From Salpingoeca rosetta (Eukaryota; Protista; Choanoflagellata), in contig JAWQFM010000013.1 of assembly GCA_033442325.1 (NCBI GenBank), positions 1,523,160-1,587,159 on the forward strand: 64,000 bases of DNA, written 5' to 3'. The translations under genes were made by a program, and so were the position numbers. Positions 34,605 to 45,821 of the stretch are shown here, in pieces. The notes beneath the pieces are model-generated. The model ran no database searches. It had not been told where the DNA came from and saw only the letters and a program-made list of their open reading frames with translations. How positions within the stretch are numbered: the stretch's first letter is position 1; every line of letters begins with the position of its first letter.

Positions 34605-35031
34605 GCACGCGCGCACACACAGCACAAGCAGCGGCTCGTCGCACCCTGGAATCTCCGTGTCTGGATCAACAAACACGTCTTCTTTCTCCTCGCCTTCCTC
34701 AGGTTCTGCTGGCGTCGATGGCTCCTTTGCCTCATCCACGATCGTCGCTGCACAGGATAAGTGCCGGTGGGGAGGGACAACTCCGTTGATGAGAGAACGT
34801 GATCAACCAATGGTTTTGTTCACATCACATTACATCACATCACCTAATCAACACCACACACTTGCACCACAAGACACACAACCCACAGCACGTACACGCA
34901 CAGAACACGGCACGTACACACAACACACACATACAAACACATACAAACACACACACACACACGCAAGAAGACGCACATGCTGTCTTTCGTGGGCGGGCGC
35001 TGGAGCGACCAGAGGAAGACTTCTTCGCCAT
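32863..35031 (-). CDS. Dpy-30/RIIa-like dimerisation-docking plus IQ motif protein (IQCK/EFCAB5-like, probably ciliary; multi-exon)
   Basis: Spliced exons give YLKEKLWPTLELALDKLI..FNPIDWLGTFLKRYNP and IQ motif AAARIQAAFRGSQVRK. First exon is MAKKSSSGRSSARPRKT. The 3' end is less certain. Confidence 0.72.
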
Positions 35032-35124
35032 ATTGGTTGGTTGGCTGGCTGCGCTTGGAAACGGAAACCGACACCACGAAAACAAGACAATCCAGCCGAC
35101 TACACTTTGTGCTGTGTATGAATG

Positions 35125-35193
35125 TCCCGCCAAAACTCGGAAGAAAATTATTAGAAGATATGTCAGAAGCTTGGTTTTGGCGCGCGCGGGAGA
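35125..35193. promoter_or_regulatory. E2F-like sites in the divergent promoter upstream of CDC6
   Basis: TCCCGCCAAAA (35125-35135; reverse complement TTTTGGCGGGA) and TTTTGGCGCGCGCGGGAGA (35175-35193) match the TTTSSCGS consensus. Confidence 0.6.
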
Positions 35194-35295
35194 TTTACGA
35201 ATCCGCCACAAAACAGCTGACGCGCAGCAGTTGGTGCCACTTCTCTCTCTCGCCCTTTCCCTTCCACAAGACGCGACAAACAAGACACGGGAGCC

Positions 35296-37116
35296 ATGTG
35301 TGCGGGAACATCAGTGCGGCAACAGGCGCGCCGAAGCAGGCGATGCGTGCGGAACAAGGGTGCACGCAGCAGTGCTGGTGGTGATGGTCTGGGGATGCTG
35401 GAGCAAAGGAAGCAGAGCAAGATTGGAAACAGCGGCAGCGCAAGGAAAGGCGGCACCAGGGTCGGCCCAGACGTGGCTGATATGTGCCTGACCCCAACGT
35501 CTTCGCCTGTAAGCAACTGTTGCGTTGGCCGTGTGAGATGATGTGTGCATTCGTGTATGTGTGTGTGTGTGTGTCTGTGTCTATATGTGTGTCTGTGTGT
35601 CTGTGGGCCTGTGTGTCTGTGTGTCTGTGTCTGTGTCTGTGGGCCTGTGTCTGTGTCTGTGTCTGTGTCTGTGTGTGATCTGCTTTCTGGTTCGGGATGT
35701 GTTGTTTTCCGGATGCTCACGCACATATCCTCGTAAGGGTGCCTCCTCCTTACACTTGTGCCACACGTCCTATCCTCACACACACGCCCACACACACACG
35801 CACGCACACACACACACACCTCACACACCCACACACACACACACGCGCTCCATTCTCCCGTTCAGCAGCGTCGCTCACTCGTCGCTGCAGTGCGCAGCGG
35901 GAGCCCGAGGAAGGAGAATCCACAGAAGCGGCCAAAGCTGGCAAGCCCACGCGCCTTGTTGCCAGACAGCGACGATGATGATGATGAGAATGATGATGCT
36001 TGCGATGACGTGAGCGATGATGATGTTGCAGAGGAGAAGGAAGAAGACGTCATCAGCTTGGTACCTGTGCCACAGGAGAACGTGTTTGAGTTTACAGATG
36101 AAGAACCCAGTCAACGACTACGCACACAGCAGCAGCAGCGGCAACAAAGGCGGCCGCGGCGTGCACTGCGGCAGCGCCAGGCTTCCCCGGAGATGGCTGC
36201 CACGGATGACAAGCCAGCTGTGCGCACGAGTGGGTTGAGGAGAACCACAACACAATCAAGGACCACGACGGAGCAACGCAGCGCCCAGCCAAGCAACGCA
36301 CGCCCCACGCGACCCAGCACCCGAGCATCAACACGCATTCGTCAACGACAACAGCAGCAGCAGCAGCAGCAGCAACAGCGGCGGCGGACGCGGCGGCGCA
36401 TGATTGTGGATGATGGTGAGAGCGATGGTGAGCTGGACGATGCAAATGACCAGGGAGAGGTGGGACAACGTGAAGGTATGAAGCGGGCAGTGGAGGAGCA
36501 GGAGGAGGAGATGAAGGCAGAGACACACAGAAGTGCAATGATGCAGGAAGAAGAGGAGAAGAATGAAGAGGACCAGGGACAGGAGGAAGAGGAACGCGAG
36601 GAACCAGAGCAGAACACGGCTTGCAACAAACATGATGATGCCGAAGCCAGTGTATCAGACACGGAAGAGACACAACAATCACAACCACGACAAGACCAAC
36701 AACAGCAGCAGCAGCAGCACAGTGACAATGAGGAGTGCGTATCAGAAGAGCAGCCAGCGTTGTCGCCCATCGAAGCTGTGAAGCGTGCCCTCACACCAGC
36801 ATGGTACCAGCACTCTGCCAAGGGCCTCGTGTGCAGAGAAGACGAGCGTGCACAGGTGCAGGCCGTGTGGGAGAAGTGCGTTGGCAACACAACATGCGGC
36901 GCTGTGTATCTCAACGGCCCGCCAGGAACAGGCAAGACCGCAACACTCAAGGGACTGCTGCACGCATCGCAGGAGCGGGGCGAGCACGTGCCGGTTGCCT
37001 GGGTCAACTGCATGACCATCGGCGATCCCGCCCGCATCTTCACCGTACGTTGTGCTGGGAGCGGGGTTGTGTTGGTTGTATGCATAGTATGTGCTCTGTG
37101 TGTATGTGTGTGTGTT

Positions 37117-37147
<31 letters not shown>

Positions 37148-37172
37148 TGTTGTGTGTGTGTGTTTGTTTGTT

Positions 37173-37237
<65 letters not shown>

Positions 37238-37569
37238 GTGTGTGTGCGTGTGTGTGTGTGAATGTGTCGGGGGGGGCTGTTTGTTTGTTGGCTCGTGCAT
37301 ACAATTTACAGTCTGCGTACCCCCAACTCTTTCAATCAACCGCGTAGCTCACCCCACACCCCACACCGCACGCGCACACCCAGGCCATCGCTGACCAGCT
37401 TGGCGTCACGTCATCATCATCGTCATCATCACCATCATCATCACCATCATCGTCATCGTCGTCGTCGTGTAAGGATGTGGCTGCGCTGCTGGAGCGGCGT
37501 CTTGTTGGACAGCACCGCATTCCATCCGTCGTCCTTATCATTGACGAGGTGCCAACACGTGTGAATGAA

Positions 37570-37601
<32 letters not shown>

Positions 37602-38252
37602 TGTGGGTGTGTGTGTGGGTGTGGGTGTGTGTGTGGGTGTGGGTGTGTGTGGATGTAAATGTGTGGCAGACGCTTGCTGGCTCGTGGCTGATCTTACTTA
37701 ATTACCACCACACCTTACATCATCACCACCACCACCGCCATCCCTCCTCCGTGCAACGCATCCCCAGATTGACTACCTGATCACAAAGGGCAAGGAGGTG
37801 CTGTACCGGCTGTTCACGTGGACCAACAGCTGCCATTCCGGCGTCTTTCTTGTCGGAATCGCAAACGCCCTCGACTTTACAGGTAGCGAACAAACAAAGA
37901 AACACATGCACACACACACACATACACCACACGTCCACACATTCACACACACACACACACGCACAGCGTCGTGGAGATGCGTGCATGATTTAACACTGTT
38001 CGACTGCAAGGATTGACCACCATCTCTCACCATCTCTCACCATCTCTCACCATCTCTCACCATCTCTCACCATCTCTCACCATCTCTCACCATCTCTCAC
38101 CATCACCACCCCCACGCATCATCATCCCACATCAGAGCGGATTGTGCCGCTGCTGCAGCGGTGGTCGTGCACACCGCAGGTCGTGACGTTTCGCCCGTAC
38201 ACACGCGACCAGCTCGTCCGTATCGTCGAGGCGCGCGTCACCGCAGCGCTAG

Positions 38253-38299
<47 letters not shown>

Positions 38300-38445
38300 C
38301 CACCACCACCACCACCACCACCCGTCCTCCATCCTGCTGCTGTTCGCTTGTGCGCGGCGAAAGTTGTCTCCGTCTCCGGCGACGTCAGACAAGCACTCGA
38401 GCTCTGCAGGTACGCCACATGTCTCTATCTGTGTGTGTGTGTGTT

Positions 38446-38499
<54 letters not shown>

Positions 38500-38539
38500 T
38501 GTGTGAGTGGATATGCACACCATTTCTCTGCCCGCACCC

Positions 38540-38571
<32 letters not shown>

Positions 38572-39477
38572 GTGGGCTATGGCTTGTACGCCGTTATGAT
38601 ACACCACATCCCTCACGTGCCGCAACCTCACCAACTTAATGCGGATTCTCCCTTGTCTTCATGTGTCAGGCGCACGCTGGAGCTGTCACAGCGCGACAAA
38701 CGCCCACAGATTGCCATCATGTCCGCCCTCTTCAAGTCAGTCGCACACACACACGCACACACTTGCACACATGAACGACGCATCTTCACATACACGCACA
38801 CACACACACACGCACGCACACGCACACGCACACACACGCACACACACCGTGTGAGTCAGCACAAGCTGTTGCGCTTACCACCATGGACCGACCACCACTG
38901 ACACTCATCCGTCCACCTTCCCACACTGCACGTGCGTGTGCATGACAGAGAGGTGCTGATGTCGAACGAAGCAGCGCGCATGCGAGAGCTGCCCACGCAC
39001 CAGCAGATTATCCTCCTCTCCCTGCACCACCTCGCCACCACCTCAAAGGATGCGCAAATCTCAGCAGTGAGTGTGCTGCGTGTGTGTGTGTGTTTGTGGT
39101 GCACTGCCTGCTTTGGGCCGCACTGTTGTGCTGCACATTCCATCCCTCCTCCCTTCTCTTCCTCACCCCCTTTCTCTCACTCTTCCGCTTCCACACATTC
39201 TCCCCCCCCCCTCTCGCTCTCTCGCCCATTCCTTCCCTCACGCATGTAGGTGGAGAAGGAGTATCGACGCATGTGCAAGCGCCTTGACATTGCCGCTGTT
39301 TCGCAGGACATCCGGCACTTGCTGACACGGCTGTGCTGCTGCGGCTATGGCGCCATGCCACAGGGGCGGGGCCGCGGTGGTGCCGGCAACGCCAAGGCGA
39401 AGGTGCGCGTGCTGGCCAACCCCGACGACGTTGTCACCGCATTCAAGGACCACCCGCTCCTCGGCCGCTTTGTCTGA
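35296..39477 (+). CDS. CDC6: cell division control protein 6 (AAA+ origin-licensing ATPase; multi-exon)
   Basis: LVCREDE; Walker A YLNGPPGTGKT; VNCM; Walker B LIIDE-IDYL; LVGIANALDFT; FRPYTRDQL; SGDVRQALELCR; winged helix LPTHQQIIL..EYRRMC. Disordered N-terminus with SP sites and a KEN motif. Confidence 0.93.
38018..38103 (+). repeat. 10-bp tandem repeat (CACCATCTCT)n in CDC6 intron
   Basis: About 8 perfect copies of catctctcac. Confidence 0.9.
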
Positions 39478-39710
39478 GCCATCAGTTATGGCACTGCGCA
39501 CATCGCGTGTGGGCGTTGGTCGGGGTTGTGTGATAGCGTCTTTGAGTCCTCCTCCTTTTCTTGCTTGTGTTACAGTTGGGTTGACCGCAACGTTCAGTTA
39601 CATTAGTTGGTTTTTTGATGTAGATTGAGGCTTGTTCTCGCACTTGTCTTCTCTTGTCGCTGTTGTACCTGTGTGTGTGTATGTGTGTGTGTGTTGTACG
39701 TGTCTTCTTC

Positions 39711-39820
<110 letters not shown>

Positions 39821-40657
39821 CAAACACCATCATCGCCGCACCAGTAAACGAGCTGTAGACGACAACATAAATTGTAGTGGTGGTTGGGGGGACAACAACA
39901 GACAGCAACAACAACACAACACAGCCGATACAAAAACGACATCGCAACACAACACCACACACGCACATTCCACGTAAACGCACACACGAGATCGCTTTCG
40001 TTCCCGTAGCCGCCCTTCAATCCAGCAGCAGCAGCAACAGCAGCAGCGACAGTCATCGCCGTAAGCGCACGGGCGTTCGTCACCATCGCTGCATCTACCG
40101 CTCGTGTGCATACACCACGTCTCATCACATCTCCACCGCATCGTAAGCGGGAGAAAAGAAAAAAAAAAAACTTATTGCCTCGTGCTTGCACACACTGTTC
40201 CCACACACTCATCGCCTTCTCTTCACTGTCACGCAGCATACCTGCGTGCATGCTAGGCTGGGCGCGCTAACTGCCCCGGATGCATGTTGTGATCCTCTCC
40301 CACTTCCTCTCTGCCAAGACATCTCCTCTCCTTCCTCCTTCCCCCTCCCTCCTCCTCCTCCTCCTCTTCTTCTTCTTGTGTCCATCCAACCCTCAACCCA
40401 CAACATCATCATCACCATCATCATCACCGGCTCATACGTCTCCACTTGCCTTGCTTCCTCCCTTGCCCAAACACACACACACACACACACACACATACAC
40501 ACACCCCAATCACGCAACAGACCAAGCGAGCAGGGGTAGATCGGCAGGCAAGACGTGCATTTGGTCTGCTTGGCTGTGCGGTGCTTAGAGATCACCAGCC
40601 GTGCGGCTGTCCTTGCTTCAGCGCTGCTGTTGCACCCACACTCGCGCGGTCGCCACC

Positions 40658-43600
40658 ATGGATGCGTGGGCACGATCACGTGCAGTGCCATCCCCGACAA
40701 CCAACACCACGTACCGCAGGCGGAGGTTCCAGACGCCATCGCCACTGCTGCACTCCATCCCACATGGCTCACAGCGTCGCGCGGTGTCGCCCGTACCGGC
40801 CGTGTCGCCTCTGCCGCGCGGCCCACCCTCCATCTCCCCATCAGCACGGAAGCCGCCGCCCCAGCAGCAGCAGCAGCGCGCCCGCACACCGTCATCACGG
40901 CCCAGCAGCCGCTTCGGTCTCTCCGCTGATGTCCCCGCATGGACATCAAGACCACGCTCCCTGTCGTCGTCAGAACAGCGCTCCCTCGGGATGGCAGTGC
41001 AGGGCACAGGCCGCCGCGCCCCCTCCGCCACACCCACGCTGTCCCCGCCATCGTCTTCAAGCACAACTGCAGTATTGTCTGGCACCCCGACTCCAGGCGA
41101 CGACGTGTTCGAAAGCTCGCGCCCACCACCATCGCCATCGTCCTCCTTCTCACCGCACTCCTGGAGTGTCCGATCCACCAAGACATCCACCACCACAACC
41201 ACCACCACCACCACGCCAGCAACAGCGCAGCCACAGCCCTACCCATCCCACCACCACGGCAGTGGAACCACAGCAGCGTCCCTCCTGGACCTCACACACC
41301 ACTCGCCGGCATCGGCAGCGTCGACACCGTCGTCGCGCAGCAGCTTTGGTGGTGATCGCACGCCATTGTGCCGACCAACCAGCCCGCGCAGTGACGCACC
41401 ACGCTGCTCCCTCAACGCAACGACAAGTGCTGGCACATCGTCCACAACCACGACCACAACAACCACAACAGCGTATGGCGGTGTTGGTTCGCGATCACAG
41501 CAAGCTGCCACCACGCCGCCAACCTCGCCTCTGAAGCAGTTCTTTGACAGCCCCTGGTCGAGTGCAAACACACGCGATGGCACGGCGACGATGCGCCCAA
41601 CACCCCGCGGGCCGCGGCAGCAGCGGCCGCCATCAGGCAAGAAGCTGTTGCCGCTGCCGCCAAATGCAGCTCGCTCGCCCAAGATCACGCGCAAGGCAAC
41701 GTCGCCCATGCAGCCGTGGAACCGCCCAGCACCCATCGTACTTGGACCCGTGAACACGCAGGCCGGTGATGGTGGTGAGGCAGGCGATGGTGGTGGTGGT
41801 GAAACTTGTGAGCAGAGCGTGCATGGAAAGGGTGAGTGCACGACCAGCAAAGATGGTGTTGACGATGATAGTGACGATGATGGTGGTGGGGGTGGTGGGG
41901 GTGATGATAAGGGTGCCGTACACGGCGGGCGCGAGCGCAGTAGCTGCAGCCATGAGCAGGACGCCGCCACTGCGGATGCGAACGAGAGTGGAGTCGATGG
42001 CAACAGAACCACAACCCGCACCCTCCGTATCCACAACAGGAGCGTTCGCATGGTGAGACAAAAGGCATTGAGGTTCAATCCAGACGAAGACGAAGACGAC
42101 GATGGTGATCACGATCACGATGACGTGAGCGGGAATTCGCACACCACAACAGGCAGTACAGGGCATGCGCGCACCAACACAACGCCTGGTGGTGCCCCAG
42201 ATCAACAACGACAGCAGCAGCAGCAGCAGCAGCAGCAGGTGACGCCGTCACCGCCGTCTGACGCAAAACCGCGGACCCGTCGACCCCTTCGACGTCAGCA
42301 CTCGTCACCAGCACTCATCGACTCAGTGCGTGCGTGTGTGTCTGTGTGTATGTGTGTCTGTGTCTGTGTCTGTGTATTGGGGGAGTACGTGTGTGTGGTG
42401 TGTGTGTGTGTGTGTGTTGGGGGGAGTACGTGTGTGTGTGCGTGTGTGTGTGTGTTTATGTGACAACTTGGCGCCTTCGCAATCATGGTCGACATACTTC
42501 TCATCCCACACCATTGACTCACATCACATCACCTGTGATAATCGTCACACACACACACGCGTATACATCGCACACATTTTCACATCTATCTGCGCGTGCA
42601 TCCGGTTTCCTTGCGCGCGCGTGTGTGAGGCTGACGAGAAGACCACAGCCGCGAAGTCGCCGTCCGCATCAAGCACAGCGTCATCGTCATCATCGTCACC
42701 ATCAAAGCCACCACGACCGCTGATTGGCGTGTGCTCGATGGCTGGCGGCATTGCTGGTGTTGCAAAGGAGAACCAGGACAGCTACTTTGTTCTCGAAAAC
42801 CCAACACAGGTGCCCACATGCATTTTGTGTGTGTGTGTGTCTGTGTCTGCGTCTGCGTTGTGTGTTTGTGTGTCTGTGATTTCTACTTGATCACAACTGT
42901 CTTTGTTTGTTCCTCCACTACTATTCACCACCACCACCACCACCACCACCACCACCACCACCACCACCACCACGTGCAGGCGAGCGATTTCGTGGTTGGT
43001 GTTCTGGACGGCCACGGTGTTCATGGGGAAAAGGCGTCCGGTTTCGTCAGGAAAGCGTTTCCCGCGCGGTTGCTGCGTCGTGACATCACGCTCACGCCAA
43101 GCACCGCCCTCAAGGACACTGTATTGGAGACGGCAAAAGCGCTCGACAGGGCTGGATTCAGTGTCCGCGAGTCTGGAACAACAGCGGTGACTGTGCTGAA
43201 ACATGGGAAATTCCTCCACATTGCGAATGTCGGCGATTCCCGCGCTGTTGTCGGGCAGCGGCGCAGCAAAGGCGGCACCACCACCATCGCCGCCGTTTCC
43301 CTCACCCGCGACCACAAACCAAGCGACCGGGCAGAGCTGCTGCGTGTGCAGCGGGCGGGCGGTGTTGTGGAGCCCTCGTTTGTACCTGGCATGGGGTACC
43401 AGGGGCCCATGCGCGTGTGGAAGAAGCGGCAGCAGCTGGGCGGTCTTGCCCTCTCGCGTTCCATCGGTGACACCGCGCTCGCAACCGCTGGCGTCATTCC
43501 CGTACCGGACGTCCTGCAGCGGGTGAGCGACGCGTTCGGTGGTGGTGGTTGTGGCGGGGGGGGGGGGTAGATGGTTGTTGATGAGTGAATGGGTGGGTGC

Positions 43601-43971
43601 AGAGAGGAAGGCGAGTGCGAGAGAAGCGGCAATGTGTCTGTGTGTCTGTGTGTGTGTGTGTGTGTGTGTGTTCTGTCTTGTTGGCTGCTTGTTTTATTGT
43701 CTTCTCCCAGGCCCTCTTGGGTCTCGTGCTTCTTTGTGTCGTTGTGCCCCAGCCGCTGCTCACCACACACACACACATACACACACGTGTACACATGTGT
43801 GCTTGCGTGTATGTGCAGGAGTTGACATCGCACGACGAAGTGCTGGTGTTGGGCAGCGACGGGGTGTTCGACCACTTGTCAAACAACCAGGTGCGTGTGT
43901 GCAGTAATCGTGCCCAGCATGCACCCACAACATCGCTGGCACAAGCACACAAACACGTGCGCAAATACACA

Positions 43972-44056
<85 letters not shown>

Positions 44057-44489
44057 ACACAAGCACACACACTCACACACACTCTCACTCACACTCACAC
44101 ACGCACACACACACACACGCACACACACACACTCACCCGCGTACAACACCCCTCCTTCTTCTCAAACGATACCTGCCGTGCTCCAGGTTGTGCAAATTGC
44201 TGCTCGCTTCGGCGATCCGCAGCGTGCGGCCGAGGCGGTGGTGAAGGAGGCGCGCAGGAAGTGGACGGAGGAAGGGGGAGGATACATTGACGATGTGACG
44301 GCGCTCGTGGTGATGCTGAACCCCTCCCACCAGCAGATGCAGCAGCAGCAGCAGTCGCAACAGCAGCAACAGCGGCATCAACATCACCAGCAGCCACGGA
44401 GCCCGCGCTCGCCCCGCCGCGGCCCACTGCACGGCCACCACCGCCACTCACACAGGCAACGCCGTCGCAAACCAACCATCCCACACTGA
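40658..44489 (+). CDS. PP2C/PPM-family Ser/Thr phosphatase with long disordered N-terminus (multi-exon)
   Basis: ENQDSY, VLDGHG, SGTTA, NVGDSRA, LTRDHKP, GLALSRSIGD, LGSDGVFD, IDDVT. About 550 aa of S/P/T-rich N-terminal extension. Confidence 0.93.
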
Positions 44490-45821
44490 CGCTGCCTGCT
44501 GATGCTGGCTTGTTGGCTGTCTGGCTGTTCAGCTGACAAGTGTTCGTGTCTCCCTCCTTCATTCCCTGGTTCACACCCTCTTTTCCTTCACCACCACGAT
44601 TGCCTCCACCACCGCCTCCTCCTGCTGCTGCCACTGCTGCACGCTGTCTTTGTTTTTGCTTGCGACGTGCTGTTATTCGACCCAGACAACTGCTCTGAAT
44701 GCACTCTTCCCTCTTTGTTAACGTATGCATTAATTCTCTTTCTTCTTCTTCTCTTTCTTCTTCCTCTGCTCTGCATGTAATGATTGATGGTGATGACGGT
44801 ACGTAATGCTGGTTGCAGCATGACTCTCTTCACCGGTCAACACTGCTTGCTTGCATGCACTTAATCCACAAATTAATTTTTCATTCCGCTGCATGCGTGC
44901 TTCCCTTACTTGATGGTGTATTTACATTGCATTCGTCGTTCAGTTTGTTCGCTGTTCTTCGTCTCTCTCTGCTCTTGCCATTTCTTCGCGTTACTTGCTC
45001 AACCATTCAGACAGGCTGGCTTGTCTCGCATGCAAGCTATGACGTCACAACGTTACGTTAAACCACGCACCAGAGACGAAGAACAGCAAACGGTCTGAAT
45101 CACGCACGCACATGCATACACACACACACACACAAAACACACACATACGCACACACACGCACGCACACGCACACACCGTTGTTGTGGCTTGCTGCTTCAT
45201 CCACACATGTGTGCGCTTCTCTATGTCTTTATATTTTGTTGGGAGAACTCAGGGCAACACAAGAAATGGGACGTGCTGGCTGCGTCACAGACACTGAACT
45301 TTTCACGCATGTGCACACGCGCAGGTGGCCACGCAGGTGTTAACGAGACACAAAAGAGGCTACCACCAGCAGTGATGACAAGACACTTGCAACACGAAAC
45401 ACGAAACACAAGCAGCGGGCATAACGCAGAGGGATGAAAGAAGCTAGTGATTGATGTCAGAAGACCCGTGGAAGAAGAAAAAAAATCAAATCACCAAAAT
45501 TAAAAGCAATTCAACTCTGGGTGTGGGTGGGGGGGGGGCAAAGGCAATCATCCTCAATGAAAGCATGCATGCTTTGACAAGCCAACAACCGACTGGCTGC
45601 TGTGTGCATGCACTCGTTGTGGAGGAAAGACGAGATCAGGAAGAAGAACAATATCTTGAACAAAACACGCCACACGTACACGCAACTCCACCAAGTGTGC
45701 ACGCGCAACTACACATACTAACAAGAGGAACACCGTTGCAGTTACTACACGCTCATACGCCCATACACACGCGCGCGCACACATTGTCGCGCACAGCATG
45801 CACAACGCTGTTTCCGTGTGT

